Translations under genes and position numbers: made by a program
Shown here: positions 13,201 through 25,829 of the stretch, piece by piece
Numbering within the stretch: position 1 is the first letter of the stretch
How the letters are laid out: each line of letters begins with the position of its first letter
Source: Lama glama
Taxonomy: Eukaryota
Length of the DNA stretch: 64,000 bases
Reading direction: 5' to 3'
NCBI GenBank assembly: GCA_028534125.1
Contig: CM052816.1
Span: 57,104,001 to 57,168,000 of the forward strand
Notes under the pieces: model-generated
Told to the model about the DNA's origin: nothing
The model's input: the letters and a program-made list of their open reading frames with translations, nothing else
Database searches by the model: none

Positions 13201-13620
13201 TATATTAATTTCCTGGGTCTCCTGTAACAAAGTGCCATGAACAGTGGTGGCTGAAGACAATAGAATTGTTTTTTCTAACTGTTCTGGAGGCTAGAAGTCT
13301 TAGATCAAAGTGTCAGCAGGGTCATCCTCTCTTTGAAGGATCTAAGGAAGGGTCTGTTCCATGCTTTTTCCCTTAGCTTCAGTGTTTGCCAGCAATCCTT
13401 GATGTTCCTTGGTTTGCACTATGCAACTCCAGTCTCTGCCTCCATTCTTTTTTCATATCTGTCCTTTCCCCTCTTAGAGGGACCACAGTCATATTAGATT
13501 AGGAGCCTACGTTACTCCAGTATACCTCATCTTAATTTATGTTTTAAATATGCAACAACCCTATTTCCAAATAAGGTGACATTCTGAGGTTCCAAGAGTT
13601 AGGACTTCAACATATCCTTT
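13201..13620 (-). mobile_element. MaLR solo LTR (MLT1B/C-like)
   Basis: ctgtaacaaagtgcca...gttctggaggctagaagtc...ccctatttccaaataaggtgacattctgagg...ttaggacttcaacatat. Confidence 0.85.
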
Positions 13621-13629
13621 CCACCCACC

Positions 13630-14410
13630 TAAGCGTTCCTCAGTCTCCTCTGCTGACACCTCATCTTCCATCCATCTCTACCGGGGAGTTCCCTGGAGTT
13701 CAGTATTTGGCCTTTTCTCCCAAAGCTACATCCTAAATCTCTTTACTTAACCCAGGCAACGATTCTGAGTCCCAGACCTATGTATGCAAATGCCAGCTAG
13801 ACAGGCGAAGCTCAGAAGCCACCTGTCCAAAACCAGCCCAACTATTGGTTTGCTCCTCCATACCTGCTTCCCCTCTTGTAATCCCTTTCTTCTTTATTCC
13901 CCTCTGTCCCTGAGTCTGCTAAGTCAAATGTGTCGGGCTCATTTTTCATTTTCCTATCCTGTACCTGAGTCATGTCACTCCTGCCTCCTAAAGGACCCCC
14001 GGATCTGGTCACTCTGCATCACCTCTTGCCTGGTTCAGGCCCTCATCTTCTCTCTAATGAGGCCACAGTGTCCTCACTAGTCTTCCAACTTCCACTCTCT
14101 GCCCCCTACTCAGTCTTCCACACTGCTGCCAGAATCCTATTCTATAACTAATCTCGTCTAATCATGTCACTCTTGTGCTTAAACCCCTCAGTAGCTCTTC
14201 TTTACTTTCAGGATACCATCCCAAATTTCCCCATGGCCCACAAGGTACATCACTAGATCCTGGCCCTGGCTGTCCTCTATGGCCAACCTCACACAAGTCT
14301 CTTTCCCTTTTTATCACAGCCCAATCTCTAGCCAACAAGATTACTTATTTCAAACATGTTGAGTTCTTTCATGTTCCTGGAGGCCTCTGCCTCCTTCGCT
14401 CTCCTTTTCA
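13630..14410 (+). mobile_element. L2 LINE fragment
   Basis: Pyrimidine-rich L2 3' region, e.g. ccacactgctgccagaat...atcatgtcactcttgtgcttaaacccctc. Confidence 0.7.
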
Positions 14411-14759
14411 AAATAACGAGCATGTGATGACGTGCGGGGAGCCTTGGGAGGGGAGGTGGGAAGATATGCCAGTGAAGTCTGTGGGAGCACATGGTACAAG
14501 GGTAAAGTGTAAGGGTACCACGTAACAACTCTGTGTCCTGAGGCCTGTCCTGAAAGGGTCCTGGGTAGGCAAACCTGTCTGTTATACTCACCTGAGGGTT
14601 TACCTTTGGCACGTAAGGCCTCACTGGTGGAGAGGGAGGAGGGTGCCTGCAAGGAGACAATTCTTCTGAGAACAAGCTGTTTGATAACCATTTCATGATT
14701 TCCTCTCCATGGTGATTCAGGTCAAAGTTAGAACAAGTTTGTTTCCTTTCCTCCTTCCT

Positions 14760-14889
14760 GTCTGATTGGGGGTGGGGGGTAGGTAATTAGGTTTATTTAT
14801 TTATTTATTTTTAGAGGAGGTACTGGGGATTGAACCCAGGACCTCCTTCATGCTAAGCATGCGCTCTACCACTGAGCTATACCCTCCCC
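14760..14889 (-). mobile_element. tRNA-Ala-derived camelid SINE (Vic-1 type)
   Basis: Minus strand GGGGAGGGTATAGCTCAGTGGTAGAGCGCATGCTTAGCATG...GGTTCAATCCCCAGTACCTCC plus (TAAA)n tail; A and B boxes; 16-bp TSD tcctttcctccttcct at 14744-14759 and 14890-14905. Confidence 0.9.
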
Positions 14890-16523
14890 TCCTTTCCTCC
14901 TTCCTAAATCAATCTCACTTTTGTCCTTTTTACCCAGAATCACTTTTTTCAATGCCCCTATGTAATACTTATTAGGCATACAGAAAAACAAGTTTTTCAC
15001 CAAATGAATGGGTAATGTTTTAGAGCAATAGCCTGAAGCACATTATTTTAAGACCTAATACATTGCCCCATATCATTTCCACCTGAGGTGAACTCGGTGT
15101 GCTGGGTGGTACGTCCTGCCTGGGAGGAAGGTGGGTGCCTTTTTCTCTCCAGGTACCGCATTATCTGGCACAGGGCAAGGGTTTCAGAAATTTTTGAATG
15201 AATAAATTTTATCTGCTTTTCCCTTGTCTGCAACAAACTTAAAAATCAAGACTCACTTTCCATCTGCCAACTAGACTACATCTGAGATACTTCCCCAAAC
15301 CAACTGTGTGAACACCCAGAGTGGAAATTAATTTTCTTAACACTTTTCAAAAGACAAAAACATGGATACTCTCCCCACCCAAATAATAATTTTTTATCTT
15401 AACCCCTCTTGTCTAACATGAATAGTTTTTCCATTTCCATTGGTTGAATTTTCTGTAGCTCACTACTTGCCCTGATGGCCTGTATCCTTGAGAGTTAAGT
15501 AAACCCTTTATTTGTAGGGTGAGACACAGTCTAGATTCTAGCTTTGGGAAAAGTTTTGGCCCAATTTAAAAGCTGATTGTAATGAAATTAATGAATTTTT
15601 GGACAGCTGGCCCGCTCTTAAAACCCTAATCCACCGCTTTCAAATGTGAAAAGGACCTCACATCAAGAAGTCATGGAGGTTCCTTAGAGCCCTGTTTAAA
15701 CTTTCTGTGAGCATCAATTAGGAAGGGCTGTTACTAGGTCTATGCAACACTGATTTATTTAGAGAATGTCATGTGCCTAAGCACTGCCTTGGCAAGGAAC
15801 TGTGCTACACATAGAGATACACACTCCGTGCCCACTGGGCTCACATAAAAGGGAAAAAGTACGCAGTAGGGGTTTACCTCAGTGGGGTGAGGCTTGATAT
15901 TTTCCAGATGGTGACACCACAAGTGAGTTCAATAGAAATATCTTTAGAAAAAGATGCTCAGATATTAAATAAGCAATGAATATACATCAAGCCCTGATCT
16001 GCTGCTGCATCTCTTTACATCTGGGCTGGGAGTGGCTCTCGTCCCTAGCTGCAGATGGGGTGGTCTCCTCTGTCAGTGGGAGGCCCCATTAGCTGTCCCA
16101 TTAGGAAGACTCTTCTGGCAGGGTAAATGCTAGAACTGGAACATTGTCCACAAATAGATTTGGGACTTTTCTCAGGGTGAGGAAAGCAGCAAAGGAGGGA
16201 CTTGGCTTGGTTGCAGGAGTTAAATTAATTATATGCATTGTGTGTGAAAGAGCTGGCATTTCTTCCTGAGTCAGGAGAAAGGTCAGTAAACACAACAGTT
16301 AGGAATGTTTGTCAAAATGATGATCGTGAAATACCTCAGGCACGAACTGACTGAGACTCCAGAGAGTCATTGATAAGACAAGAAACCATGGAGAGGGAAA
16401 ACGAGTGAGCTGTTTGAGGGGAGGGATGGGGAAAATGGCTGCCTTACATCAAGCACAGTGTAGGTCTCTAAGGAAGTCAAGGCAATGATGAGAGTCTCAC
16501 GGCACTGTCTGCTTTGCCACCCT

Positions 16524-16559
16524 GTGTGTGTGTGTGCGTGTGTGTGCGTGTGTGTGTGT
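16524..16559. repeat. (TG)n microsatellite
   Basis: Direct reading. Confidence 0.9.
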
Positions 16560-16953
16560 TGGCAGATGGAGTTCAGGGGGTCCTTGGAGAAGAGGGGGAG
16601 GTGGTGAAGGCCTCGGGCCCTGCTTCCCTAGTGCCTGAACGATCCCTTCACTTGCTAAGGAGACACAACTTCCAGTTTTTGACTAAAGTATATAGAATGC
16701 TCAAGACAAATGAGTACTGCCAAAACTCTGGGTTTTGATGTCAGGCACTATCAGTGGACAGCTTTAGAGATGTGCAGTTGTACCACGCTATCAGCTGCTT
16801 CAGCTCAGTCCCCATCAAAAGCAGTGCCAATGAAGTCTTAAGTCTCATCCGCGTGAAGACAGAGCCAAATACTTCCCACAGAGTCTTTATACCATTGGTG
16901 ATGGGTTAATGTTTAAAGACTCATTGAAATGTCTCTGAAACCCTGACCTCTGG

Positions 16954-17255
16954 CAGTGTTTCCCAAATGTCCCTTAAGATGAGAATGACCTGGGTTGCTT
17001 CTTAAGCCACAGATTGCTGGGCTTCGATCCTCATGTACCAAGACAGAATTTTCTGGAAAAGGGACATGGTTATCTATGTATGTAACAAATGTTTCAGGTG
17101 ATATTTGTCATCAGGGTTCTCAGCCATGAGGTGCTTTTGAAAAATGCCTACACCCAAGTTCAGTGCCGCAGGGGTGCAGTGGCTCAGCTGTTGTGGGATG
17201 GGGCCCAGGCACCGGGTTCCTGGGGTGACTGTAAGAAGCACTCAGGTGACTCTGG
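16954..17255. mobile_element. Two adjacent MER5-family MITE fragments
   Basis: cagtgtttcccaaa...gaatgacctggg...cagattgctgggc and cagggttctcagcc...gtgggatggggcccagg...caggtgactctg. Confidence 0.6.
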
Positions 17256-17265
17256 GACCTGGCAT

Positions 17266-17497
17266 GTATAGTGGTTGTGCTTGCAAGGTGTGGAGTCAGG
17301 CTGCCCGGGTTCACCTCTGGGCTCTGCTGCTGCTTCTACCTGTGCATCCCCAGCCAGTTCACTTAACTTCTCTAAGCCTCCGTCGCCTGACTCTAAAATA
17401 CAAGCTGCGATATGACTTACCTCTGATTATTTTGAGGATTAAAGAGCTAATTGTGTGAAATACCAGGCACATTGCAAGCACTCAGTAGCTTTTAGCT
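17266..17497 (+). mobile_element. MIR SINE
   Basis: ggagtcaggctgcccgggttc...ttcacttaacttctctaagcctc...ttgaggattaaagagctaat MIR core. Confidence 0.8.
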
Positions 17498-17499
17498 TT

Positions 17500-18290
17500 C
17501 ATTATTCATTTCACATGTGCCTCCGTGTTAAGAACTGGGACACAAAGATGAAGATGTGACCCCTGAGCCCTAAGGAAGTTTGCTGTCTCTTAGGAGAGAC
17601 AGACATGCAAGCTAATGGGTGATGGTGGGATAGGGCCCCAGAAGCAACATGGACAAAGCATGTGAGCTCAGAAGGAACAGTGAGCACGTCTAGCAGAAGG
17701 CTGTATCAGGGAGATGCAAGGGAGCTGGGGTTTGAAGAATGGGAAATATCCAGCCTGACTGAGAAGGTAGCAGGTGGGCAATCGCAATGGGGAGAGCAGC
17801 GCGTGAGCATGGGGCGTGAGTGGTATCTCAGGAGATGGTATTTCAGCGTGGCTGGGCTTAGTACTGGGGAGATGAGCCTGAAAGGCAGATTGAGATCAAA
17901 TTCTGAAGGTGATGTTTGGGGTCTGGGTCTTTTAGCGATGGGGACCAAGCACCAGAGGACTTTTCAGTTGGTAAGTGACATAACTGGATCTCTGTTTTAG
18001 AGCAACAATCTTGACAAGAGCTTGGGGGATGCTGATAGGAATACAGGATAGGGATGCAGGATGAGGAGGCAGGAGACCGGGTGAAGACAGGAGTGTAAAT
18101 TTCATTAACTCATTTAGCAGATATCTTTTGGGCACCTGCTGATGCCAGACACTAGATGCTGATCTACAGCAGTGAACAGACCTAGTCACTGTGCCTGCAG
18201 TTAGAAGGTGGTTCCAGTAGTCCAGGGATGTGACGGGGAGGCCTGCAAGGACCAACGGGGTAAAGTAGGGGAGGAAGGGATGAAATGGGA
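17500..18290 (-). mobile_element. L2 LINE fragments
   Basis: Purine-rich antisense L2 (gtgacataactggatctctgttttagagcaacaatc; cattaactcatttagcagatatcttttgggcacctgct). Confidence 0.6.
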
Positions 18291-18540
18291 AAGAAGTTGT
18301 GGAGGTCCAACCAACAGACTTGGGGAAAAATAATCCAGATAAGATGAATGTATCAGAAGAAGAGAGAAATTATATGGGACAGCATGGTACCTAGGCGGTG
18401 CATACGGGTGAGACCACAAATCAGTGGTTCCAATTCTGAGGCTCCCACTGATAAGGAAGACCTATGGACTAGTCGCCAACTTTTTAAAAAGCTGAATATG
18501 AATGTGTGTTTAGTCATTCCTATTAAGAAGGTGGATGGTA

Positions 18541-19055
18541 ACTATGTTGGCTGTCTGTTGCTGTGTTACAAACTGCCCCCAAACGTAACAACCATTGACT
18601 TAAACAAACAACCATTTATTGCGCCTCACATTATGTGGAGTTTAAGCAGGGCTTGGCGGGGCAATTTCTATTCCATGTGGCGTTAACTGGAGTCATGAGG
18701 CAGAATTCAGCTGGTGGTCAGCCTGGTCTGGAGGCTCCAAGCTGGCTTCATTCACATGCCCAGCACCTTGATGAGGACATCTAGGGGCTGGGGCTCAGCT
18801 GGGCCTCTCTGCTTCTCCATGGACATTAGAGCCTCTCCATGTGGTCTCTTTAGGCGGGTAATCTGACTTCTTATGTGGCAGCTGATAGTGCCAAAAGACC
18901 TCCTGGAGGAAATGGCTGGTATTCAAGGTTCAGTCCAGAACTTGCACTGTATCTTTTGTGTGTGTTCTATTGGTCAGAGTCGTCAGGCGCCAGCCCAGAT
19001 TCACAGGGAGAGGAAATGGAAAGATTATTAAGAATTTGCAGCCATCTTTCATCCA
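18541..19055 (-). mobile_element. MaLR solo LTR (MLT1G/H-like)
   Basis: ttgctgtgttacaaactgccccc...cttaaacaaacaaccatttatt...ctggcttcattcacatg...ttctattggtc...gcccagattcacagggagagg. Confidence 0.8.
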
Positions 19056-19289
19056 ACCCATCAATTAAAATTTTAATTTTCTTTGCCTTTAAAAGCTGAT
19101 ATTATATGAAACTAAGTTGTATTCTAAATTATATATCCTAAGTTATATAAGCATAAAATATAATTAACAGTAATGACTAATTAAGTAGAAAGGGTAAAAT
19201 TGGATCACAACACGAGGCCCTTGGGAAGTCCAATAAAATATAATAAAAGGATAATTATTATCACCCTTGTGATAAAAAGGTTGACAAGC

Positions 19290-19755
19290 ACGCACTCTAA
19301 AATCTGAACTACCCCCCATGGCCCACCAGCCTGTGAGGTCTTCCCCCCGCCCCCTCATCCCAGGCTGTGTTCCCTCTCATTGTGCTCCAACCACCCTGTC
19401 TTCCTTCAGTGCCTTGATCTCTCTAAGCTTTGTCCCATGATAGAGCCTTGGTGCACACCTTTTCCTCTGTTTTTAAATTTTTTCACAATTGACTCTTTCT
19501 CATTCCTGGAAAGGCCTTTGCTGACCAGCCCATCTAGGTAGGTTCCTCATCCAGCCCTCCCATCACAAGTTATACTCTAAGACTGCCCTATTTATGCTCT
19601 TCGTGGTGTTCGTCACAAGTGCCCCCTCCCACCTCCCAGGATAGAATCCTGTGCAGGTAAAATGTTGACCATTTAGCTCCTTCCCGTATCCCTAGCACCT
19701 TGCACAGTGCCTAACCATAGCAGGCAGTCAATAAACATTTATTGAATGAATGAAT
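19290..19755 (+). mobile_element. L2 LINE 3' end
   Basis: Ends gcacagtgcctaaccatagcaggcagtcaataaacatttattgaatgaatgaat, the canonical L2 tail. Confidence 0.85.
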
Positions 19756-22699
19756 CTTTGTCTCAGGCATCCCTAGAAAATTCTGTCATCACCTGTCAGA
19801 GCAGAGGAAGGGACTGCCTTGTTGGAATGATGCCAGTTATGACTTGGTAGAGACTATGTTAAGGGTGCTGAGCCCTGATCTTGGCAGAACATACTCACTG
19901 GCCCACAGAGGTTGCTGGTGAAAAGAATGAATGGGAAATGCTATCAGAAAATGTCAATTTGGAAGGTGAACATTTATAAACTGTAACACATGGCAAAGCT
20001 CTTAATAGACCCATTTCCTATATCCCGCCCATCCCCGTATTCATCCTGGGTTGCTCCACGGAACTTTAAAATCTGGGTGACTTGGCATGATGCTGAAGAG
20101 GTAGGGAACTATTGTAGCCTGGACTTGATGTTTGGTGTATAGAATTATCATCATCTGGAATCAGTGGGTTGTAAGTGAGAGCAGCCTACCTAGAGAACTT
20201 AATAAAATGAATAACAAGCAACCTCACAGGCATCCAGAACTAGAAAACCAGAATTATCTGGCCACAGTGGTCTGCACCAGGAAATAAAGAGCTGAGGCTC
20301 CTTCCTCCTCCTCTCCGTGCCTTGGCTCTGCTCCCTCACCTCTCTCCCCAGAGCAGCTGCTACTGCTTCCCGTGGTTGACCACCTTATGACTTCAATTGG
20401 CAAATGGATTGACTTCGGTTCTGACTCCAAATGACCTTTGGGCCATTACCATCCATCAACAGGCTGACTCAGTCTCTGTCTCCATATGTAAATACCCTTG
20501 GGAGGAGGGTTATCTCAGCTGGTCTATAAATTGACTCCCCAATGGGTCAGGTGTCTCTCCTTGGTCCAATCATCTCAGGACTGATCTCTGAGTAAAAGAG
20601 GCAGCTGGAGCTGGGGCAGGGGTGGGGCTGAGGGAGAGGGGAAAGGGAAGTGGACCAAATAAAACAAACTTTTCTTGAATGTAATTCTTGTAACACCCCA
20701 CCTCTAGTTGTACTGTTAAAAACAGCCTCAATGACGTGAGAAGAAAATAATAGCATCACCATCGTTTCAGAACATTTCCTAAAGTTTGCCCAGACTTAAT
20801 AAGCCTGATGAAGTCTTAGTTTAAACTAGTAACTGAAATTTATTAAAGCAATATAATATTCTTTATGATTCAAGCAGGTCCCATTCTAACCTCCTAAAGC
20901 TTCTTTAAGATTATTTATCATAAAATATCTTTAAATTCTCTCAAATGGAAATAGGTCAAGTAACATTATTTGACTTAAATATTACTTAAACTCTAAGTCA
21001 TTTTTATGTTTGAATTTTTAACAGACTATATTGCTATGTATATACACACATATTCATTCAGCATATAGATCGTTCAGTTCTGTTGAGTTAACCAAAGCCT
21101 AGTGGTTAATTCTGGAATTGAGTTTTTATAAGTCTGTTTCTTAAAAATCTTGTTTGAAAAGAACAAAATCATGCATCAAATGAAACCAGAAAGACGCTTC
21201 AGACACAGAGGTCAGTGGAGATACAAAGCTAAAGGGGGTCATATTTTCTGCATCCTTAGTAATACACTCACATGGGGTGGGGGCGAAAATTATTAAGAAA
21301 GGAGACTTTGGGCCGGAATATGAGACAGTAAAATGTCAGTGTATGTCACCTGACTTAGAATGAAACTTCCAGAGTCTTCAGAGAGACATCTGTCCTGGCT
21401 CTCATGCACTTCCATGAGCTTGAACCATGACAGGGAGTCCTGAACAGCAAATGGGGGGATAAGGATATCTTCATCAAAGGTTTTTAGGAAGACTAAATGA
21501 GTAAAGCCATGTCAAGTGGTTGGAATACTATTTGGTACATGGTACAGCCTGTGGAAGAGTTGACCCTTACTATTGCATTGCAGCCATCCACCCCCTTACC
21601 TGCACTGAGAAGGTTTTGCCCAAGTCAATCACCTGCTTTGAGCTCTCTGCTCTGCTTACCTTCACTCCAGCCAACTCCGTGGTTACTCTTGGGATCCTGA
21701 CCCTCCCCAGTTCAATCAACACAGGCTCTGGGCGTTCTCTGTTAGACATCTTTGAACCTGCAAACTGCCAACTTCTCTTCTATTTTCGTTTGAAATCACT
21801 ACGCGGCATGAATGGTGAGAACTGTCACACAAACATGTCTCTGCTTACTCATGAACTCAAATATTTAGATTCCAAAGGAAGTGTAACTTCTTCTCTGCCG
21901 TCTCTCTTTTTCGCCACCTTGGAGGGGTGGGAGGGTGAAGAGTGGAATCCCAGAGAAATAGCTTTAGGAGCTGAGAGGAGCCAGAAATTCAGTACACTTA
22001 GGGCTCCCTTGTGAAAACACAAAAACAAAAATAAAAATGCCTCCTGCCACTTCAACATCTCTGTTCCACTGGTGCCCCCCACCATTCGCTTTAAAAACAA
22101 ATGGAAAAAGCCGAGTGTTGATGACAGTCACTGGGGGGTTAGAGTATGTCCCAATATGGAAGAGGCGTGCTCTTTCACAAGAGACAGCTCTGTCTTGACT
22201 GACAAGCTCTTAAAAACAAAAACCACAAGTAAAATGCCGGGGGGGGGGGGTGCGCGTGCGCGTGCGTGCAACCTCATGGGTCTGTGGGAGGTGGACTTCC
22301 ACCAGAGTCTGGATTTGATTTGCAGGATTATGAATTGTCTTGAGTGTTTTGAGAAAAGTTGGAGGATTTGGTGGATATTTAAGAATTAGAAGTTTTATTT
22401 GAGGGACATTTAAGGATCAGGAGTTGGTTATTTGGGAAATATTTAGGGCAGACTCTGTCCTTAACTACTTTCACAAATCTCCTTTGTTTCCAGGAAGTTT
22501 GAGGTTCTTTAAAAGAGAAATTTGCTCCTAAAATTCAAGGGTGAAGATGAGTTGTAGTCAACTGTAAAGACAAGAAAAAGACAAGTGAAAAACCTCAAAC
22601 ACTGCTTAAAGTTCTTGCTCTAGATGTCCGTAACTTATACTCTGAAAATTTAGGTTCTGTATGTTGTATAAGTACTTTAAAACATCATACTAACTTTTG

Positions 22700-24470
22700 G
22701 ACTATGTGAGACAATATTTTTTCCTATTACATTTTTTAAAAATTTAATTTGATTACTAAGGAGGCCATACATCTTTCTGTGTGTGTATTTCCTTTCCTGT
22801 GAATTTTTTGTTCATGTTGTTTTTACATATTTATTTTGGAGTTTTAAGGTTTTTTCCCGTAACAGTTCATAAGTCCTCTTTTTAAAATTACGGAATATTT
22901 CAGACATACAGAAGAGTAACAAATACATTTAGAGATCCTTTATAAACTTTCCGATCCCACTTCCCAACCCCTCTTCCAGAGGTAACCACCTACAGTTGCT
23001 ATGTATCTTTTTATTCCACATTTTAATATTTTTAGTCTTTGGTCATCATACACATACACACTCACAGACACACACATACACACAAAGTATTGAGTTGTAA
23101 GTGTTTCAATTTTATGAGTGATAGTATACCAAACTTAGCATTCTGCAACTTGCTGTTTTTAAGCTCAATATTGTATTGCTGAGATTTATCCATTTCGACA
23201 AACTACAAGCCTGGTTCATTCTTCTTAATGGCTAAATTGAATTCCACTGTATGACCTAACCATAAGTTATTTACTGTGCTGTAAAGGATCTCTTTGTATA
23301 ATTATATATATTAACCCTATTTCTGGTTGGCGTGTGTGTGTTAGTTACAAATCTATTTCCCCATGTCGTCTTATTTTAATAATTTTTGTTTTTGCAGAAG
23401 TATAAAGTATTTTTATAGAGCTAAATCTGTTGATTGTTTCCCCTGTGATTTCTTCTGTTGCTTCAAAGCATACAGTGTGCTCACCCCTCCAAAGAAGAAC
23501 TATTCTTTCATGTTTTCTTGTATTTTTTTCTGGGATTTGTATTTCTTTTTAGTTTAATTCTTCAGTTACAGTTAAAACCAGGAGGAGAGGTATGGCGGGA
23601 ACACACACACACAAATCCCCCTGATATAATAATCAGTTGTCCCAGCAGGGTTTATTAAATTCTATTTTTCTTTGCTTATAACTTCTTCATCACATATTCT
23701 TATGTATGATAAGATTTATTTCTGGACTTTATATTCTACTTAATTCTTATGTTTGGTGTTATTTCAGTATTTGAATCCTATTTTATTGCTGTCATTTTAA
23801 AATATATTTTCAGAGCTGGCAGCCTCCATTGCTCCTCTTTCTCAAAATATGCCTTTGATATTCCTACACATTAATATTTATCAATTTTATTAAAATGTCA
23901 TAGTTTTTAAGGAATATTTTTGCTGGGTTTGGGTTAAAACTATACATTAAGTTGAGAGAATTGATATTTCTTATTTTACTCTCCACTCCAAGGCAGTTTC
24001 CAGTTAATTCCTTTGTCTTTTCTTTTCTATACAGTCATCTCCAAAAAATTGCATTTTGACTGGTTATTTGAAATTTTTATTCACTTTGTATTATGTAAAA
24101 TTTCCAAAATAATGTTAATGTTATTAAGGCCAACCATGTTCTGGACTATTTCAAGGGAACATTTAAAGTTATCTTTGCATAATTTTGGATACTGGCTTAA
24201 GAAAGTATCCTCTTTTCTGTTATCTTTTAATGTTTTTATGTGAACCTCTATTAAATGATCACATTCCCTCTTAGTGATTCTTATTAATATATAGTTATAT
24301 CACTATATTCATAAACTTCCCTAAATTACAGTATCCTTGAATTGGGGGTAAATGTGATATTTTATGTATTGTACTTTGTACTCAACATATAATGTTCAAT
24401 TTTGTCTCCCCAAATTTTGCATTTTCAAAATATCTTTAGGATTTTTTTTGTTTATATTTATTGGGTTTTA
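22700..24470 (-). mobile_element. Degraded old L1M fragments
   Basis: T-rich; ccagaggtaaccacc...ttctgcaacttgct...gagatttatccatt...ttcattcttcttaatggct...attccactgtatga. Confidence 0.55.
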
Positions 24471-24954
24471 TCATAATTGTGTTTGCTCCAACAAATAGCC
24501 TGGGTACCTTTGCATGTGTGTGTACGTAGAGGAACATCTGTCTGTGTGACAATTTGGCTTTCTTCTGCTGGAGTGACTTATCTTATTGGTGCATTTAGGG
24601 TAGAGCAGGCCCCTACCTCCTTCCCTTCTCTTGGGAGCCAGCTTGCCCACAGAGAACATGCTTTCTGATCTATGGCTCTTAGCCACACATTTCACAAGAC
24701 AAGCTCCATGTGGGGGGCATGTGGTAATTCAGTGCTGCCTGTGCAAAGGGTGTGGATCATCCTAATGCTGAGGTTTAGTTCTGAAAGATCTATGGTTGTC
24801 ACACATCTAAGCCACATTCTCCAATACATCATTTATTAGCAATAAAGCTATGATTTTGATTTCCATCTGTCTAATTTCCTTACCTGTCTCTCGATTAATT
24901 CTGACTTTTAATTGGCAGGAAAGGGCCCTCTAAAACCCAAACTGTCCAATATAT

Positions 24955-25810
24955 GTTTAAAAGGAATTCCAGAAAGAGAGTATAAAATGAATGGAAGAAA
25001 AACAATAATGGATGTTGAGGGTTACACAACTCTGTGAATATACTAGAACTACTAAAGTGTACACTTTAAATAGGTGAATTTTATGATATGTGAATAATAT
25101 GTCAATAAAAATGCTTTTAATAAAAGATAATAGCTGAAAATTTTTCACAAGAAAAGATTTCACAATTTATACAAGAATGGCAGCTAGGTTAGCAGACTTC
25201 TCAACAAAAGCCAGAAGGCAATGGAATAATATCTGCAAAACACTGACAACTAGAATTCTACACCGGCTAAACCACTAGGTCAAAAGCCAGGGTGAAACAA
25301 AGACCTTCTCAAAGTCTGAGATCATTTACCATTAATGTACCTCCACTGAATAAACCCCAAGTAGGAAGAAGGAAATAATAAGACAAGAGCAGAAATATAT
25401 CAAAGATAAGTCACACTTGAAATAAAAAGAATCACCAATGTCAATAATAGGTTCTTGGGGAAAAAAACTAATAAAATAAGCAAACTGAGTTAAAGACTGA
25501 TCAAAAAAGAGAAAAAAAGCACAAATGTAGAAACAGCCTAGAAAGGGGGCCTACCTAAAGATAAAGGTTTTTTTAATTACAGGATCATTTTTAATAAGTC
25601 ATTAAATTTGAAAACTTTAACAAGATGATCATTAATCCCAGAAGAATATAAATTATCCAAGCTACATATGAAATTAAAAACCTGAATAGAGTATTAGTCA
25701 TTAAAAAATTGAGTCATAGTTAAAATTAAAAACCTTCCAGTCATTTAAGGAACTGGTAATCCAAGTATTATACAAACTCTTCCAAAGAAAGGTGGGAATG
25801 TCCCAAGTTA
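24955..25810 (+). mobile_element. Old L1M fragments (3' end plus degraded ORF region)
   Basis: ggttacacaactctgtgaatatactagaact...tgtacactttaaataggtgaattttatg; A-rich ORF-like remnants (gcaatggaataatatc; tatacaaactcttcca). Confidence 0.6.
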
Positions 25811-25829
25811 TTTTATCTATGATTTCTGG

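Noticed and set aside
14816..14889. Apparent tRNA-Ala(AGC) gene
   Set aside because: Anticodon stem is mispaired (CATGC/GAAGG); it has a SINE tail, a TSD and a second homologous copy at 40.2 kb, so it is a SINE
21520..22014. 164-aa ORF
   Set aside because: Non-ATG start (TTG), no recognisable homology or splice context
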